DNA from: Marsupella aquatica
Taxonomy: Eukaryota > Plantae > Marchantiophyta
Direction of reading: 5' to 3'
Assembly (NCBI GenBank): GCA_973895155.1
Contig: OZ316891.1
Coordinates: 9,239,875-9,303,874 of the forward strand
DNA length: 64,000 nucleotides
The notes below the pieces were generated by a model. The model was not told where the DNA came from. It saw only the letters and a list, made by a program, of their open reading frames with translations, and ran no database searches. Below, one piece after another: positions 12,833 through 25,329 of the stretch. Position numbers and translations under genes: made by a program. Position 1 is the first letter of the stretch, and each line of letters opens with the position of its first letter.

Positions 12833-14059
12833 ATGTGTGACGAGGACGTGAGCCTGTCAGCAAGGCTCGACCAAGCTCGGTTGTTCATTCGCAAGGCTTA
12901 CAGCAAGATTGACCCGGAGCTGCCTGCTTTATTGGAGGTCTTGGAGGATGCGGGAGCGGCCGAATGTTGGCACAAGCATAGTACCTTTTTCGACCATCTT
13001 CACAATGTTTACCGAACCCTGAAGCTGTGGAATTGTCCAGACTCGGTCGCTCGCTGTGGTTTGTTCCACTCCTCTTACTCCAATTCGTATGTGAATCTGG
13101 CAATCTTCGAGCCCAATGTAGACCGGCAGAAAGTTCGTGATCTCATTGGTGACGATGCAGAGGAGCTTGTCCACTGGTTTTGCATCGTTCCCAGACAGGA
13201 GCTAATTTTTGATATGCTTGTCTCGAATGTATACGGCGATCAAAAAGCTGGGCCCGGTCGAAAACATCCGGAAACGTTGGGCAAGTCTGCCAATGACAAG
13301 CGGACGGTGTTGGTCCCGCCTGAGGGTTTAGTTGTGCAACATATTCGTACCGGAGAGGATCTCCTAGTTCCCAGACGACTCATCGCCATCTTTCTTATAC
13401 TCACCATCGCAGACTTCAGTGATCAGTGGTATGGTTGGCAAGATAGCATGTTCGGAAACGCAGATGGTAAGATGGAGTTTGCAGAAAACGATGGGTCACC
13501 ATTATGGCCGGGAGACGGAAAACCTGGATTATGGATGCCAGCTATCTCTCGCATGGGAGTAATTCTCAGTGAGATTTTGAGAGACGAAGAGGAATACGAA
13601 GCTGCTGAGAAAGAACAGGGCAGAGGAATGGACTCAAGGCCTTTCAGCCACATAGAAATCAGGGCTCCTCCCGTTTTGAAGCATTGCACTGAGACTGTCT
13701 CCCCGTCAGATCAAGTTCAGTCCATGAACCTGTACTGGGAAGCTTTATGCAAAAAGGACCATGGTCAAGGCAATGATTTGGCTAAGTCCTCTCTTATGAA
13801 AGCCATTCAACACAACCCTTACCTTGCAGAGCCTCACATCGTGCTTGCTCAAATACTCCTAGCAGAGGGAAAGTGGGAAGAAGGTCAGGAAGAAGCCTCG
13901 AAAGGATTGAAACTCCTGCTTGAGTGGGGCACTCACTGGGACAAGAGAATGACTTGGGAAGGCTGGATTGCATGGGCGCGCGTGTTAAGGACGAGTGGAG
14001 AACAAAAGACTTGGCCCAAAAGTGGATGGGGTATCATTAACCTTGGCCTGGTGACGTGA
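12833..14059 (+). CDS. DUF6817 (HD-like) + TPR-like protein, intronless, 408 aa
   Basis: Long open ORF with GAAECWHKHSTFFDHL..YRTLKLW..PDSVARCGLFHSSYSNSYVNLAIF, TIADFSDQ, LWPGDGKPGLWM, NPYLAEPH and WGTHWDKRMTWEGWIAW. These match a conserved plant/algal family of unknown function (recognised from memory). Confidence 0.85.
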   Translation: MCDEDVSLSARLDQARLFIRKAYSKIDPELPALLEVLEDAGAAECWHKHSTFFDHLHNVYRTLKLWNCPDSVARCGLFHSSYSNSYVNLAIFEPNVDRQKVRDLIGDDAEELVHWFCIVPRQELIFDMLVSNVYGDQKAGPGRKHPETLGKSANDKRTVLVPPEGLVVQHIRTGEDLLVPRRLIAIFLILTIADFSDQWYGWQDSMFGNADGKMEFAENDGSPLWPGDGKPGLWMPAISRMGVILSEILRDEEEYEAAEKEQGRGMDSRPFSHIEIRAPPVLKHCTETVSPSDQVQSMNLYWEALCKKDHGQGNDLAKSSLMKAIQHNPYLAEPHIVLAQILLAEGKWEEGQEEASKGLKLLLEWGTHWDKRMTWEGWIAWARVLRTSGEQKTWPKSGWGIINLGLVT

Positions 14060-15986
14060 AAGGCTACGCATTCGAGGAAAGTTTCTTATGAGAGAAGATT
14101 TCCCAATTGAGGAGGTTTTCTCCACGATGGCCAGATGCATTACAATTTAAGATTTTAGCATGAGTTGCATGCTACATTGTGAACCACATTGATTAGTTGA
14201 GCAGGTGCAGATTAATTGAGGTACTGACAAGTCAAGAAGAGCTATAATACATACTGTAATAGATCTGGACGGATCATATCAATCAGTCTTGACGAACGAC
14301 GACTTCATGAGAGGCTGGATGAGCCTTTTACTACTATTCCACCGACTTGGATTTTTTTGTTGTATTCGAGCAGCGAGATGTAATGGCATGATACTGGAGG
14401 TTGTTTACAAGACCCCAATTGTAATACAACCCTAATCCGGATCATGAATTTGTAAGATCAACAACGTAGAAAGTTGTATGGAGTTGATAGTTATCTCATG
14501 GCAAAAGGACTTCATGAACCCACTGTAGATAGCCAGAAGATACTCTCACTTAACTTTCTCTACATTCACTCGCTCAACATGTACCGCTGTACATCCAAAA
14601 TCAAATTATCCGAGCCATTTTGTTGAGTTTTTTGAGGATTGCATGTCTGCCAAGTGACTAAGAAAAGGACAGGAATACTGTGAAGGCAATAATACTTTGA
14701 CCCGGATCAAAGTAGGATCAGTTTATTGAGGAAGTGTGTGGCGCCCACCGAAAGAATGGTAAGAAAAGAGTTAATGACCTCAAGACTGTAGTTGCAGATC
14801 ATTTTTTCACAGCTATTCATCATTTGCAGCTGTTCTCCCCCTGATCTTCCCTCAACTCCCTGCCGGGCTGCTGATCATGCTTATCAGTAGCCATAATTTG
14901 TGGTCCCCTGTTCGGCTCTGTTCCCTTCGTGAACCGCCCAGTTGTATCCCGTTCATCTTAATCAATTCAGTTTGGATTTTTCAAGGAAAAACAAGTCCTT
15001 CTTGCTTTCCTGACGACCTCTAAGCACAAAGAGAAAGCCAGTTTATGTCCCAGGACGAACATGCTATATCTGGAACCTACTGAACAAATTTCAACAAGAA
15101 ATCTGCACCATATTCTGCAACCTACCGAACAAAAATTTTCACCAGGCAATCTGCAATAATGAGACGTGACCTAAGTGACCATCCAAGTGTGTTCAAAGTA
15201 GAGGGAGTACATTCCCATTCTGTCCTTAAGACTGCAAAAACATTCCAGAGGCATGCTGGCGGGGTGGTTACACTGTTTGATCGCCCTGACAAAAAACCGA
15301 CCTCGATCGAACTTGGCACTAGTTGAATCTATCTCTTACATGCACTATACTATACGTCGATTCTGTCCTTGATAGAAATTTGGCCCAAGCTGGAACCATT
15401 ACTTGCCTGTGATAGAAATGTGGATTGCATGCGCAAAAAGTGATCCGGGCAACCAAATGCTAGGTAGACAAATCTACCTGTGATCCTGGCTCTGAGCTAC
15501 TGTACGACTGACTATTTAGACTATCAATTGGGTACCATACCTATCATCCTGACTGTATTCTTGATTCAGAACTGACAGAAGCACTGTTCATTCAGTTCAA
15601 CAGGAGTCTTTGAAATGAGTGTATCCAGTTCGTACCAACTATCTACCAACTGTACCTGTATTAGTGCAACCTGCAGGCAAAATTACGTTCCGCATTCAAA
15701 GCTTGCGTTACCGTCGTGCTGAAAGTTGAGACATCATCAGTACAGTCCCGAGTGTACTGATGATGACGATATCCAGTGGAGAAGTGAACGCCAGTCATTT
15801 CCCCCTAACGTGTTTTTTTCTTTGTAAAGATACCAATAAATGTAGTTTTCATGAGTGCATCTCAATCTTCACTAAAGGACAAATACACAACTATACACAT
15901 GCATTTATCTTGCGTAAATCTACCCAAAACTGCGGCTTTCAGAAGTGCATGTCAACCTTCATAAGCGCGTTTATCAGTTACTGCAT

Positions 15987-16098
15987 AGACTTCACCAGAT
16001 GCTTTTATTGAAGAGCTTGCAACTATCACAAAGAGTAATTACAGACTTCACCAGATGCTTTTATTGAAGAGCTTGCAACTATTACAAAGAGTTATTAC
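15987..16098. repeat. Tandem duplication, 56 bp x2
   Basis: agacttcaccagatgcttttattgaagagcttgcaactat(c/t)acaaagagt(a/t)attac at 15987 and 16043. Confidence 0.92.
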
Positions 16099-17036
16099 TT
16101 GCGCTTATACAATTTCCATGGGCTGTATGCCTGTATGAGGGTTTAGGGGACTTTGGGGTGTGGGAACTGACAGCAGATTCATGATGACTTAACAATTCCA
16201 GTTTGCCATGCAGAACTCCAAACTCCAAGCAATTGAGAGAGCAATACATTTGAGCATGGGGGTTGGGCTTAGAGTGGGGATGGTCAAGCCCCTAGTTTAT
16301 TCTAATGCTCGAACTACACGTGTTGCATTCTGGATCATGCACATACACAAAAGTGCATAAACTTAACTCCCTGCACTCATAAGTTAGTGCATATAGTGGA
16401 TAAGTGCAGGGTTGGGGGGAGTGCGCTTATACAGTTACAATCTTACTAATAAAGCCCAATGCAAACTTACTTTCAAGGTCTAGAGTGAATACTGTAAACT
16501 CTAAATCTCAATAGGACAAGGACAAAACTGGAAAAGGATGGGAGCAAACTGACATCGACTCTAAATAAGGACAAAATTAAGAGTGAATCAATAAAGACAA
16601 ATAGAAGTGAGGGTGAAAAAAAGAGGGATCTCAACAGCATTGAACCCGTTCGCATCCCACCTCGGTCGCAAAGATTGAACGGGTAATCAAGCTAGTAGAT
16701 TGTAGAGTGTTTGATTGAGCACCTGACTCACTCAATGACTCACCCAACATTCATGGGCTGCAAGGGTGTGACAATCCTTCTTGCAGAATCAAAGTCACTC
16801 CTAGGACAGTAGTATTTCTTTAGACCGTAAAATGGACACAGATCTTCGCGTTCTCAACAATGTTTCTCAGTTCTCAAGCTCCTGTGATCATCATACAGTT
16901 GCCACGAAGGACAATTTATTAAAGCACGGAGAATTGACTTCTAGCTGAGAATTCCAAGCAGCCGTTGCTTCAAGAGCCAAGCCTAGCCAGCAGAAGTCAC
17001 GTTTCCTACCGGCTACTGACAAGAAGATGACAATGT

Positions 17037-17546
17037 CTACCCGTAATAATAGGCTTCCTGGGTGTACTCCGTAACTTCCCCAGAATGATAGACGTGGGAG
17101 CCTGAAGGCAAGGACTCTGTGTTGGACGCAAGCATGGGTATGCCCCGAGCAGGCAAGTACTGAGTGCGGCTTCCCGTGATTCTTAATTTGTCTTTCTTCC
17201 GACTCGTTTTTCTTTGGACGTAACTCCAAAAGCTGAGAAATGCCCTCCCAAGTCTCGAGTGCTTCATATGATGCCCCATCAGCTTCCTAGCGTTCCTGAA
17301 CATCTGCGACCGATTTTTCTTCCTCCTATGCTCGTCGTAGGCGGCGTCATTCACGATGGCTCTGGAAATCGATTGTCGAGTGGTGACGACTTGGGCATTG
17401 AGGTGCATCTCTCGTCCTATCTGCTGAGGGTTGTAACAGTCACTGCACAGATGGTGGTCACATCTGTCCCCTGAGCACACCAGGTGCTCATCGTCTGGGC
17501 TGGTGTTGTTTGCATCGCATTCACAGCACAACCAATGTAACTCCAT
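17037..17546 (-). CDS. Orphan 169-aa protein with N-terminal Cys/His zinc-binding motif and basic (NLS-like) segments
   Basis: ATG at 17546 just downstream of a plausible acceptor (ctag|gttgtggtaATG). Motif WLCCEC-x13-C-x4-CDHHLCSDC; basic patches HRRKKNR and RKTSRKK; no internal stops. Confidence 0.55.
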   Translation of the reverse strand: MELHWLCCECDANNTSPDDEHLVCSGDRCDHHLCSDCYNPQQIGREMHLNAQVVTTRQSISRAIVNDAAYDEHRRKKNRSQMFRNARKLMGHHMKHSRLGRAFLSFWSYVQRKTSRKKDKLRITGSRTQYLPARGIPMLASNTESLPSGSHVYHSGEVTEYTQEAYYYG

Positions 17547-17712
17547 TACCACAACCTAGTAGCTTATCAAATCAACTTCTATAATCTGAGTGGAACTAAT
17601 TAAAGAGAGATTGAGACCAAGACCGAGACCTGCCAAGAAAACCACATTGGTTAATTAGAATACGTAGACGAGCTAGACATGCCCCAGACAGGCAACACCA
17701 CAGCTTAATTAA

Positions 17713-17790
17713 GGGAAATATCTAAGGATCTCATCAAAGAGACTAGCACGAGGGAAACATCCAAGGATCTCATCAAAGAGACTGGCACGA
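17713..17790. repeat. Tandem duplication, 39 bp x2
   Basis: gggaaa(t/c)atc(t/c)aaggatctcatcaaagagact(a/g)gcacga at 17713 and 17752. Confidence 0.88.
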
Positions 17791-18887
17791 GAAATAATCT
17801 GGAGAGATTTATTAAAGGACCGATCCTTGGGTTAGAAGCCCATGTTGAGACATCGCAAACTCCCATTTCGTCAGAAATTCATACAGAATGTGCAGAGCAT
17901 TTTGTACCTGTAGTCAAATCAACAGTTTGAAAGACATGTAATTGCTATTTAGTAAAGGCTCCCTCTGCTTAGGTCCATGATTGTAAACTACGGTAGTAAA
18001 CCAACTATATTACAAATATGATTAGAGAGACTCCCCCCCCCCCGACTTTCATTAGTTGTGTTCCCTTGAGCTCTAGTTAACGGGGTGCAATTGAACAGTC
18101 CGTGTTTTCTCTTCCTTGACTGTCTCTGTTACCAAACCAAGAAGCCATTCTTTCACTCGAGCCTGGAATCTGGAATCGAATCCACCCAGTAATCGGTAAT
18201 TCATCCATAACAGCGGCAGAGAAAGAAAGAGAGCTCAGCCCAACTGCTAATCAGTTGTGACTCACATTTAACATAAGCAGACAAACTGCTGAGCGACATT
18301 TTATTCAATACAACACATGATCGAAAGAATATCTCTACTGCCAATATCTCGGGTTGGGATTTGGAAACTCAGCACCGTCCCTCTGGACGCGGTCCAGCTA
18401 CTGTAACATTCAAACGAGGCCTGCCCAAAAGCGGCGAGATCCGAAAAGAAACGCACTTTTCTATTCTTGAACCGAAAAAGTATCTTCTATCGGCCAAGCT
18501 CGTATCAAGTAAAGTGCATGCATACATACTTCCATGACGATCAGAATCTCTCACCTGGTTCCAAGCTCGAAAGAGATTTCTATCAACCAATCTTCGACCA
18601 GATCCTCGCCGAGGAGCCCACCCACACACAGCTACAGCACATGCCAACCGAGTCCAAGAACAAGAACAAGCTGTTCGATCGAGCTGGCCTGCGAGGCCAA
18701 AGATTGCTGCTCACGAAAGGAAGGAAAAGCTTTAAGTAATGGAAAGCGCCAAGTCACTCTCTCGATTCTGATCAGCCAACCTGAGCTGAGCTGAGCTTAC
18801 CAAGCAAAAACCAAAACCGACAACGGGAAATGGTCCATTCAACTACAGACTCACGATTGATACCATCACTAATCTCTGCACAAGCCA

Positions 18888-19173
18888 ACTTACTTTCCCG
18901 CAAATCCACTTCCAGTCCTGAGTCACTTACTTTCCCGCAAAATATACTTCCAGTCCTGAGTCACTTACTTTCCTGCAAATCCACTTCCAGTCCTGAGTCA
19001 CTGAAAATCCGCAGCACAGTTTTCCGTCACTACTACAGTACCATACTGCCATCGTTAGCCACAGGGAAGATTTACCATGCTCATTCACTGAAAATCCACC
19101 AGCACAGTTTGCTCTCCGTCACGCTACTACAGTACCATATTACCATCGATAGCTACAGGAGAAGCTTTACCAT
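18888..19173. repeat. Compound tandem repeat: 37-bp x3 followed by ~88-bp x2
   Basis: acttactttcc(c/t)gcaaa..acttccagtcctgagtc at 18888, 18925, 18963; then cactgaaaatcc..cagcacagttt...ctacagtaccata...tttaccatgc twice. Confidence 0.88.
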
Positions 19174-19789
19174 GCCGGCCACGCTATTTCAGACTTGCGT
19201 AGCTGAACTAAATCAATAGTGATGGGTGTTTTAAGTTTTCTGGTGCGTCCAGAGGGCCATTGGATTCCAAGATGGACGTCCACTGTTAATCCGGGACAAG
19301 CAATATCTGGAAAAATAGTATTGCTATGCTATCTGTTACGGGGAAACGGAAAAGAGGTCAGAAGTAGGGGCGGTGGGTGCAAACGCTGAGTGCATGTGCT
19401 CGTGAACAGTCACTATGGAAGTGAGGAATTGAGGAGATGCACCGATGCAGACGGTGACTTTACCATTTAATTAAAACACGTTGGGACTGCTGTACTGTAC
19501 TGAGCACGGTGTTTCAAGTCGCACTTTGACAGAGTGACAGTCGTTGCAAGTGTGTCTTGAAAAGCTTGTGTGTGGGGAGGAGAGCTCACACAGGGACTCC
19601 AGTGACATCACGGTCTTCCAAATTTCAGCGCACAGTCCTGCCGTGTCCTCTCACTTCATGTCCATTTCTGTCATTTCTATCATTTCCATCAGATGTCATC
19701 TCTTGTCTCCTCCCTTCATTTCCATTTCCATCATTTCCATCCCTTGTCATGAAATGTGAAGTCATGCCTCCGTCCTTCCCAATTCGTTA

Positions 19790-20683
19790 GAGCATATTTA
19801 CTCTATTCCTTAGCGATATATACACTACAATAATTAAACATCGTATAATGAATTGCCATTTTTTAGTGATCTCACTTGTGCCAAAATGGAGGTTTGTGCT
19901 TGATGGACCCCCAAAATGAAAATTGTTACTTGGTGGGCCTAAGTGTATGCACTAATTAAACACAGCATAATGAATTGGTATTTCTAGTGATCTCAATAGT
20001 ATGCCAAATTGGAGGTATATGCTTGATGGACCCCTGAGTGATCCTCACTGTTGATAGACCACAGATCAATGTACCCAAAACCTCAGGGATCCCATCAATT
20101 AACACTTTTCATGTCAGGGTCCATTAAATAAATATCTTTGCCAAAATGCAAGCTCCTTTAGTTAGTGAATAAAATTATTAATTATTATATACAAGCATAA
20201 TAAGTGGCCATTTTTAGTATTGTAAGATATGCCAAAATGCAAGTATATCACACAATTGCCACAAAAGCACTAAACAGTGAGACTAAATCCCAAAGGCTAA
20301 AAACCCAATGAGGTGGAACAAACGAGGGAACAAAAGGAAAAGATGCCCTGTGTTACGTCCTTATTGTATACATTTATTCAACATAGCATACTGAGTTGTC
20401 GTTTTTCAGTGTACTGTATGATATGCCAAAATTCAAGCCCATAGTTACTGGGATTTTTATACCTCCTCGAAAAGGCACCTTTGGATAGTGATAATTAGAT
20501 CTTGGACAATGAATCCTTTACTTGAGTCAAAGCACTATGAGTCCCTCAAATGTAATAATAATAATAAAAACAAGTAAGCTGAGAGCTGAATTATAGTGAA
20601 CATTCCAATAACCCATTGGGGATAACTTTTTGGTCCAACATTAAAGGTACAGTAGACAAACCCAGTAACGGTTGAAGATGCTC
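19790..20683. mobile_element. Non-autonomous PIF/Harbinger (Tourist-like) element, 894 bp
   Basis: Termini GAGCATatttac...ttgaagATGCTC flanked by TTA on both sides (19787-19789, 20684-20686). AT-rich interior with degenerate repeats of gccatttt..tagt...tgccaaaatg. Confidence 0.65.
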
Positions 20684-23600
20684 TTAGCTAAAGATTGCAG
20701 TCATCAACGTTTCAAAAATTTACGTGCATACAAAAAGTTGATCTATGCAGCTAACAGTCTCCATCCTAAATTTATATTGCAAGTGTCATCTAATAATTAT
20801 ACATTAGAGGCATACGTTAAAGATTAGGGTGAAACGAAGGCTGATCACTGTTAATAAGCTCAAAAAATGTTTGACTGGAATTTCCTGCACTAAGATGGAC
20901 TATTGAAACTCTGATTGAGAGTTGTGGGGCAGTGTATGAACTAGAAGTTGTCTCATTCTGGTTGTTTCATGCTCCAGCAAAACTGTCAGTGACTTAGAGC
21001 AAAGCACATCCAGGAGCCCTTCTGGCAGCTTCAGCCCCTATTCAAATAGTGAGTAGTTCAACTGAGGATGGCACTCAATCAACCCAACCTTGATCAGTTC
21101 CTAAACAAAGTAGACTCACACCGATTTGGCCACATTTTTTACAAGTCTATGTGCATCTATCCTATCCTTACGCACTTTCTTAATTAAGGTGGGTTATGTA
21201 GTGATGACAGATCTTGTTAGCCCTTGTTTTCTCACTAGATTAGAGGATTCTCTTCTCTCCATTCATACTTCATTGGTTAATTATTGAGCACCTCAGCATG
21301 CTAGTGTAGTTACATCAATCTCCTCATCAAGAGCATATTCAATGGCCATTGTTTTTGGCTCCTTTGCAACCCCCAATCAACTAAGCACATATCGTGCTAA
21401 AGGGGGACTATATGGCTCACTCTTGTGTTGGGCTAGCCATGGGCCAAACAGTACAGTACTGTAGATTGTCGTTCCATCTCTGTCATCCTGACAGTCATCA
21501 CAAGGATAAACCCCTTTGCTTGTCTTGTGTGTATTTCCCCCCTATTTAATTGGTGCAGAACCCTTCTCCAAATTAGGATGTTTAAAAATCACTAGCCTAA
21601 ATAACTATGTGTATGCACATGAAGGCCTCCCCGCACCCAGAGTTCACATAACCTTCCCTACTCACAAGCATAATCTAAATATTACAAACTTCTATTACAG
21701 AGAAATCACCGCCTATGGCTGCATTCTATGGACTAGTTCATTGACAATAGACTTCAAGCATGACTAATTGTATAGATTCAGTTAGGTTCTTCAACCAAAG
21801 ATAGAGTCCTCAACTTTAGAATACTCCATGTGGTCTCTCAACTAAAATTTGCAAGGGAAGTTAAAGTCACATAATTCACTGAATTTGCATTTCACCAGGG
21901 CAAATTTGGTACCACTCTGTACAAAGACTGACGTGGAAAGTGCTTGCAGCTTTTCTTTATGTGGGCTAGGCCACGAGAGCAGCATGGACCTTATTTCCCG
22001 AGACAAAGTACCATGAAAAGCAAACTAGGTCCAAAGAGGGACATACACCAAACTCTAAAGAAAGGGCCCTATTTTGCTTCTTCTTCACTATACTTTGTTT
22101 GGCCCATTTTTGGAAATACACGGAAGTCCTGGAATGCCAAAATTCTAGAAAATAAGAAAAAATAAAAAGAGAGGAGTGACAAAGACCAAACTTGAAAGAA
22201 AAGGGCAAATGCAAACTTACCCCAAGAACCTACTGGTGAAATAAGAAAAAGATAAGAGATTGCAGGGAACTCTGACAATTTCTCACCAAACAACGGTTGC
22301 AAATCCCACACAAAACAGAATCTATTTAGCCACATTGTTCCCACAACATATAGGGGTAGCAGTTAAGGTGGTTCTATAAGACTAGGCACGTGTGACTTTT
22401 TCCTTCACAAGGCAAGTTGGCAAATTGGAGGGTCTCTTCCTGTTCTAACTTGCGGGTGACCGTGTTATGGTCACAATAGCTCAAACAATAGGGTTTGTGA
22501 GAATATGGAGTACAATACAGTTCCTGACAACACATTTGGGACCATTTTGCATCACAATACTGATGTAAAGTTAGGCCAAAGTAGACTCTAGATAACAAAT
22601 GGTTTGAAATGAAGTTCAATAGATGCAAATGGCCTGAATAAAGGAACTAAAGGTTGAAAATGTTAGGACCATATCTGGAAGTGGTATAGAATTCTACACA
22701 AAATAAGCTATTGCTCTTCACATGAGCATTCCCTTGGGCCTACTCCTTGCCATGTAGGATGTGTAGACACCATATTTGAATGGGCCTCGAGTTCTTGTAA
22801 AGTCACCCTTACTTTTCTTTTCCAACCAGTTATTGAGATTACTTACATATGTTGCAGAACTTGTTTTTCCACTCAAACCTAACGCATATGGGTCTATCCT
22901 ATGTGAATAAAGGAAAAGGAAAAAATCTTCCACATTGGTGAAAGCTGAGACATCAAGTTTTACTTTCTATCACTCAAAGTTAAGTCCCCCCTTCAGGCAT
23001 CAGGTATGGGGCCTATCCTCTGTGAAAGAAGGTAAAGGAAATCTTGCACAAATAAAAGCTAGCACATTAGTCCATTTTATCTAATGCAAATTAACTTTTT
23101 AAAACCCTTTTGGTATTCTTATGGGCTGCGTCCTACTTTTTGCAGCGTGATTCTTTCTTCTAGTGATGAGAAGTTGAAAGAAAACAAATTTCTAATCATA
23201 TGGCAACTGAAAACAAAGAAAAACCCCATAAGCGTAGAATCATTATTCACAGCAGACAAAGAGAGACAATATACAATAAGCTAGCTTCATGGTAGGATAA
23301 TCACTTGGTTTCCTTAATCACGCATAAAGAAGTGAAATCTGAGAGTACTACATAGTCACCTTTTTCCTTGGTAAATTACTACAGTAACTTGCCACCCTTC
23401 GTAGTTTCATTAGTGAACTGTCACTCTTTTTCTCATGGGTTAAGTTAACCATGTAAAACTAACCTGAGATAATCCAACGGCAGGGTTTGCATGATCCAAT
23501 AAAATTGATGTCAGGTGAATTCCTACCATTTTTTTCCCCTTCCAGTTCAAGGCTTGTTTTCCGGCTCATTTGACGATCATATATTTACGTTCAAAGGAGC

Positions 23601-25236
23601 ACTATGCTAGTCCCCATAATAACTACGGTTAGCTGGAGGGTAACTCAGGGTTCACTTAGTATAAATACTGTACTGTACTGTATGAGCGACAGCAGGGGCG
23701 GGCAGGCGGGCAGGCGGGGCGGTGATGGTCTGCCCGGGACGGCCGGACGGGGGACATAAAATTATCCAGATTCCGAGAATAGATGGAACGTGTCGGGTAA
23801 TGACGGAGTCCAGTCATTTTTTTCCCTTTTGGCCCGCGGGCACGGAAGTAGGTGGCATACTCCTTTTAGACGAGCGTGGCAGCAGTCCTTGCTGCCCGGA
23901 CTGCTATCACCACGTGTCTGACGGACAGGAAGCGATGTTGATAGATGGCAGTCAGTCGTACAGAGCGCCACATGTACTTACCCCTTTCCAGATGTTGCAA
24001 CCACTCCCCTACGGCCTACGGTAGTCCGTATTCCCTCGTACAACACCAATATAGTACGGTACCATGTACCAGAGTAAACTTCCTAGCCAGAAAGTTTTAT
24101 TGGTTCATTTTTCTGTGTATTTCGTTTATCAGCTTTTCAGTAACGTCCCCCAAACAAACCAAATTACACCATTTTGTATAAAAGTTAGTATAAACTCGGG
24201 AACAGGTTCCCATTACCATTTGGCAAGGTGTCATTGGCTAGCCTTTATCCGCCACAACCCCACTTCCCCATTACAGGGCATTGTCGCAGGCCCAGGAGGG
24301 GCAAAAACACATCATTTTTCCAAACTCGCCTCACAAAACTCAGGCAGTCTCCATCCTCGGTTTTACTCAGGAAAACGGAGGAAAATTTGCACTTTATTGC
24401 CCCAATCATGTTTTCACGCAAAATACACCTACTGCTGAAAGTTTTCCCCCCAGTTTTCCCCCAGGAATGAATTTGATCAAGCCGAAAGGGGAGGGGGCAT
24501 CAGCCTTAGACGCTGCTGGATGTGTTTCTGTCCCTCCCAAGCCTGCGACAATGCCCCACAATGGAGAGGGGGGGGGGGGGGGGGTCACTGTGGGTTAAGG
24601 CTAGGCAATGGACTCACCACATGGCAACAGGGACCCGTTCACGAGTTAATACTAACCTGTGTATGAAATGAGGGGCGGGTTGATAATTTTTTCTGTTTGG
24701 GGGGCAAGTCACTACTATTGGGTAGTTTGGAAGACAGGTTAGTGAAAATCTCTTTTGCTTATCTAACCAAAACATGTGCTGGGGCCAATTTCAAGAGACT
24801 GCATAATTATATAAAACACTGCAAAATAACAAAGAAATGGCATATATAGAGACATGATACCAAAAGCAAGCAATATAAGAAAAGGGGCAAAACAGCGGAA
24901 TACCCCAATAATCACATAGCTCAAGAGTCCAAAACACAAGAACTAAAACCCTATTGAGTTTTATGCTCTTTGTTATTTTTCCTTTTGTATTTTTCAGGGA
25001 ATTTTTCAGGGTCAAGATTTCTCCTCTAATTTACTAAAATTAGTAAATATAAAATCTCTCAGGCCTTTGAGAGTGTTAAGGTTTTGTTTCCTGGCCATTG
25101 TAGGCAATAATAGGCACTCAAAACTAGATTAAGCTGTGGTTGTTGTTATATCCCACAATGCCCTTAAACAGGACATTACTATATACAAACAACAACAGAC
25201 AGCTTTGCTTTCCAGGGATTTTGCCTCAAGTAAAAC

Positions 25237-25329
25237 TTTCTGGCCAACGGTCTCTGAAATTTAATTGTCTCCCCAACTTAGTTTTCCAGAGACCTTTGGC
25301 CAGAAAAATTAAATTAATCCAAGTTGGGG
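25237..25329. repeat. Interleaved inverted repeats (20-bp stem; loop complementary to downstream sequence)
   Basis: tttctggccaacggtctctg (25237-25256) pairs 19/20 with cagagacctttggccagaaa (25287-25306); loop ccccaactt pairs with aagttgggg (25321-25329). Confidence 0.75.

Noticed and set aside
18400-18794. Short ORFs as further exons or a retroelement fragment
   Set aside because: No recognisable motif or consistent splice model.
18888-19000. 37-bp repeats as CRISPR-like
   Set aside because: Head-to-tail with no spacers.
23694-23903. GC-rich patch as a MITE
   Set aside because: Only a weak cgggcag/ctgcccg match and no TSD.
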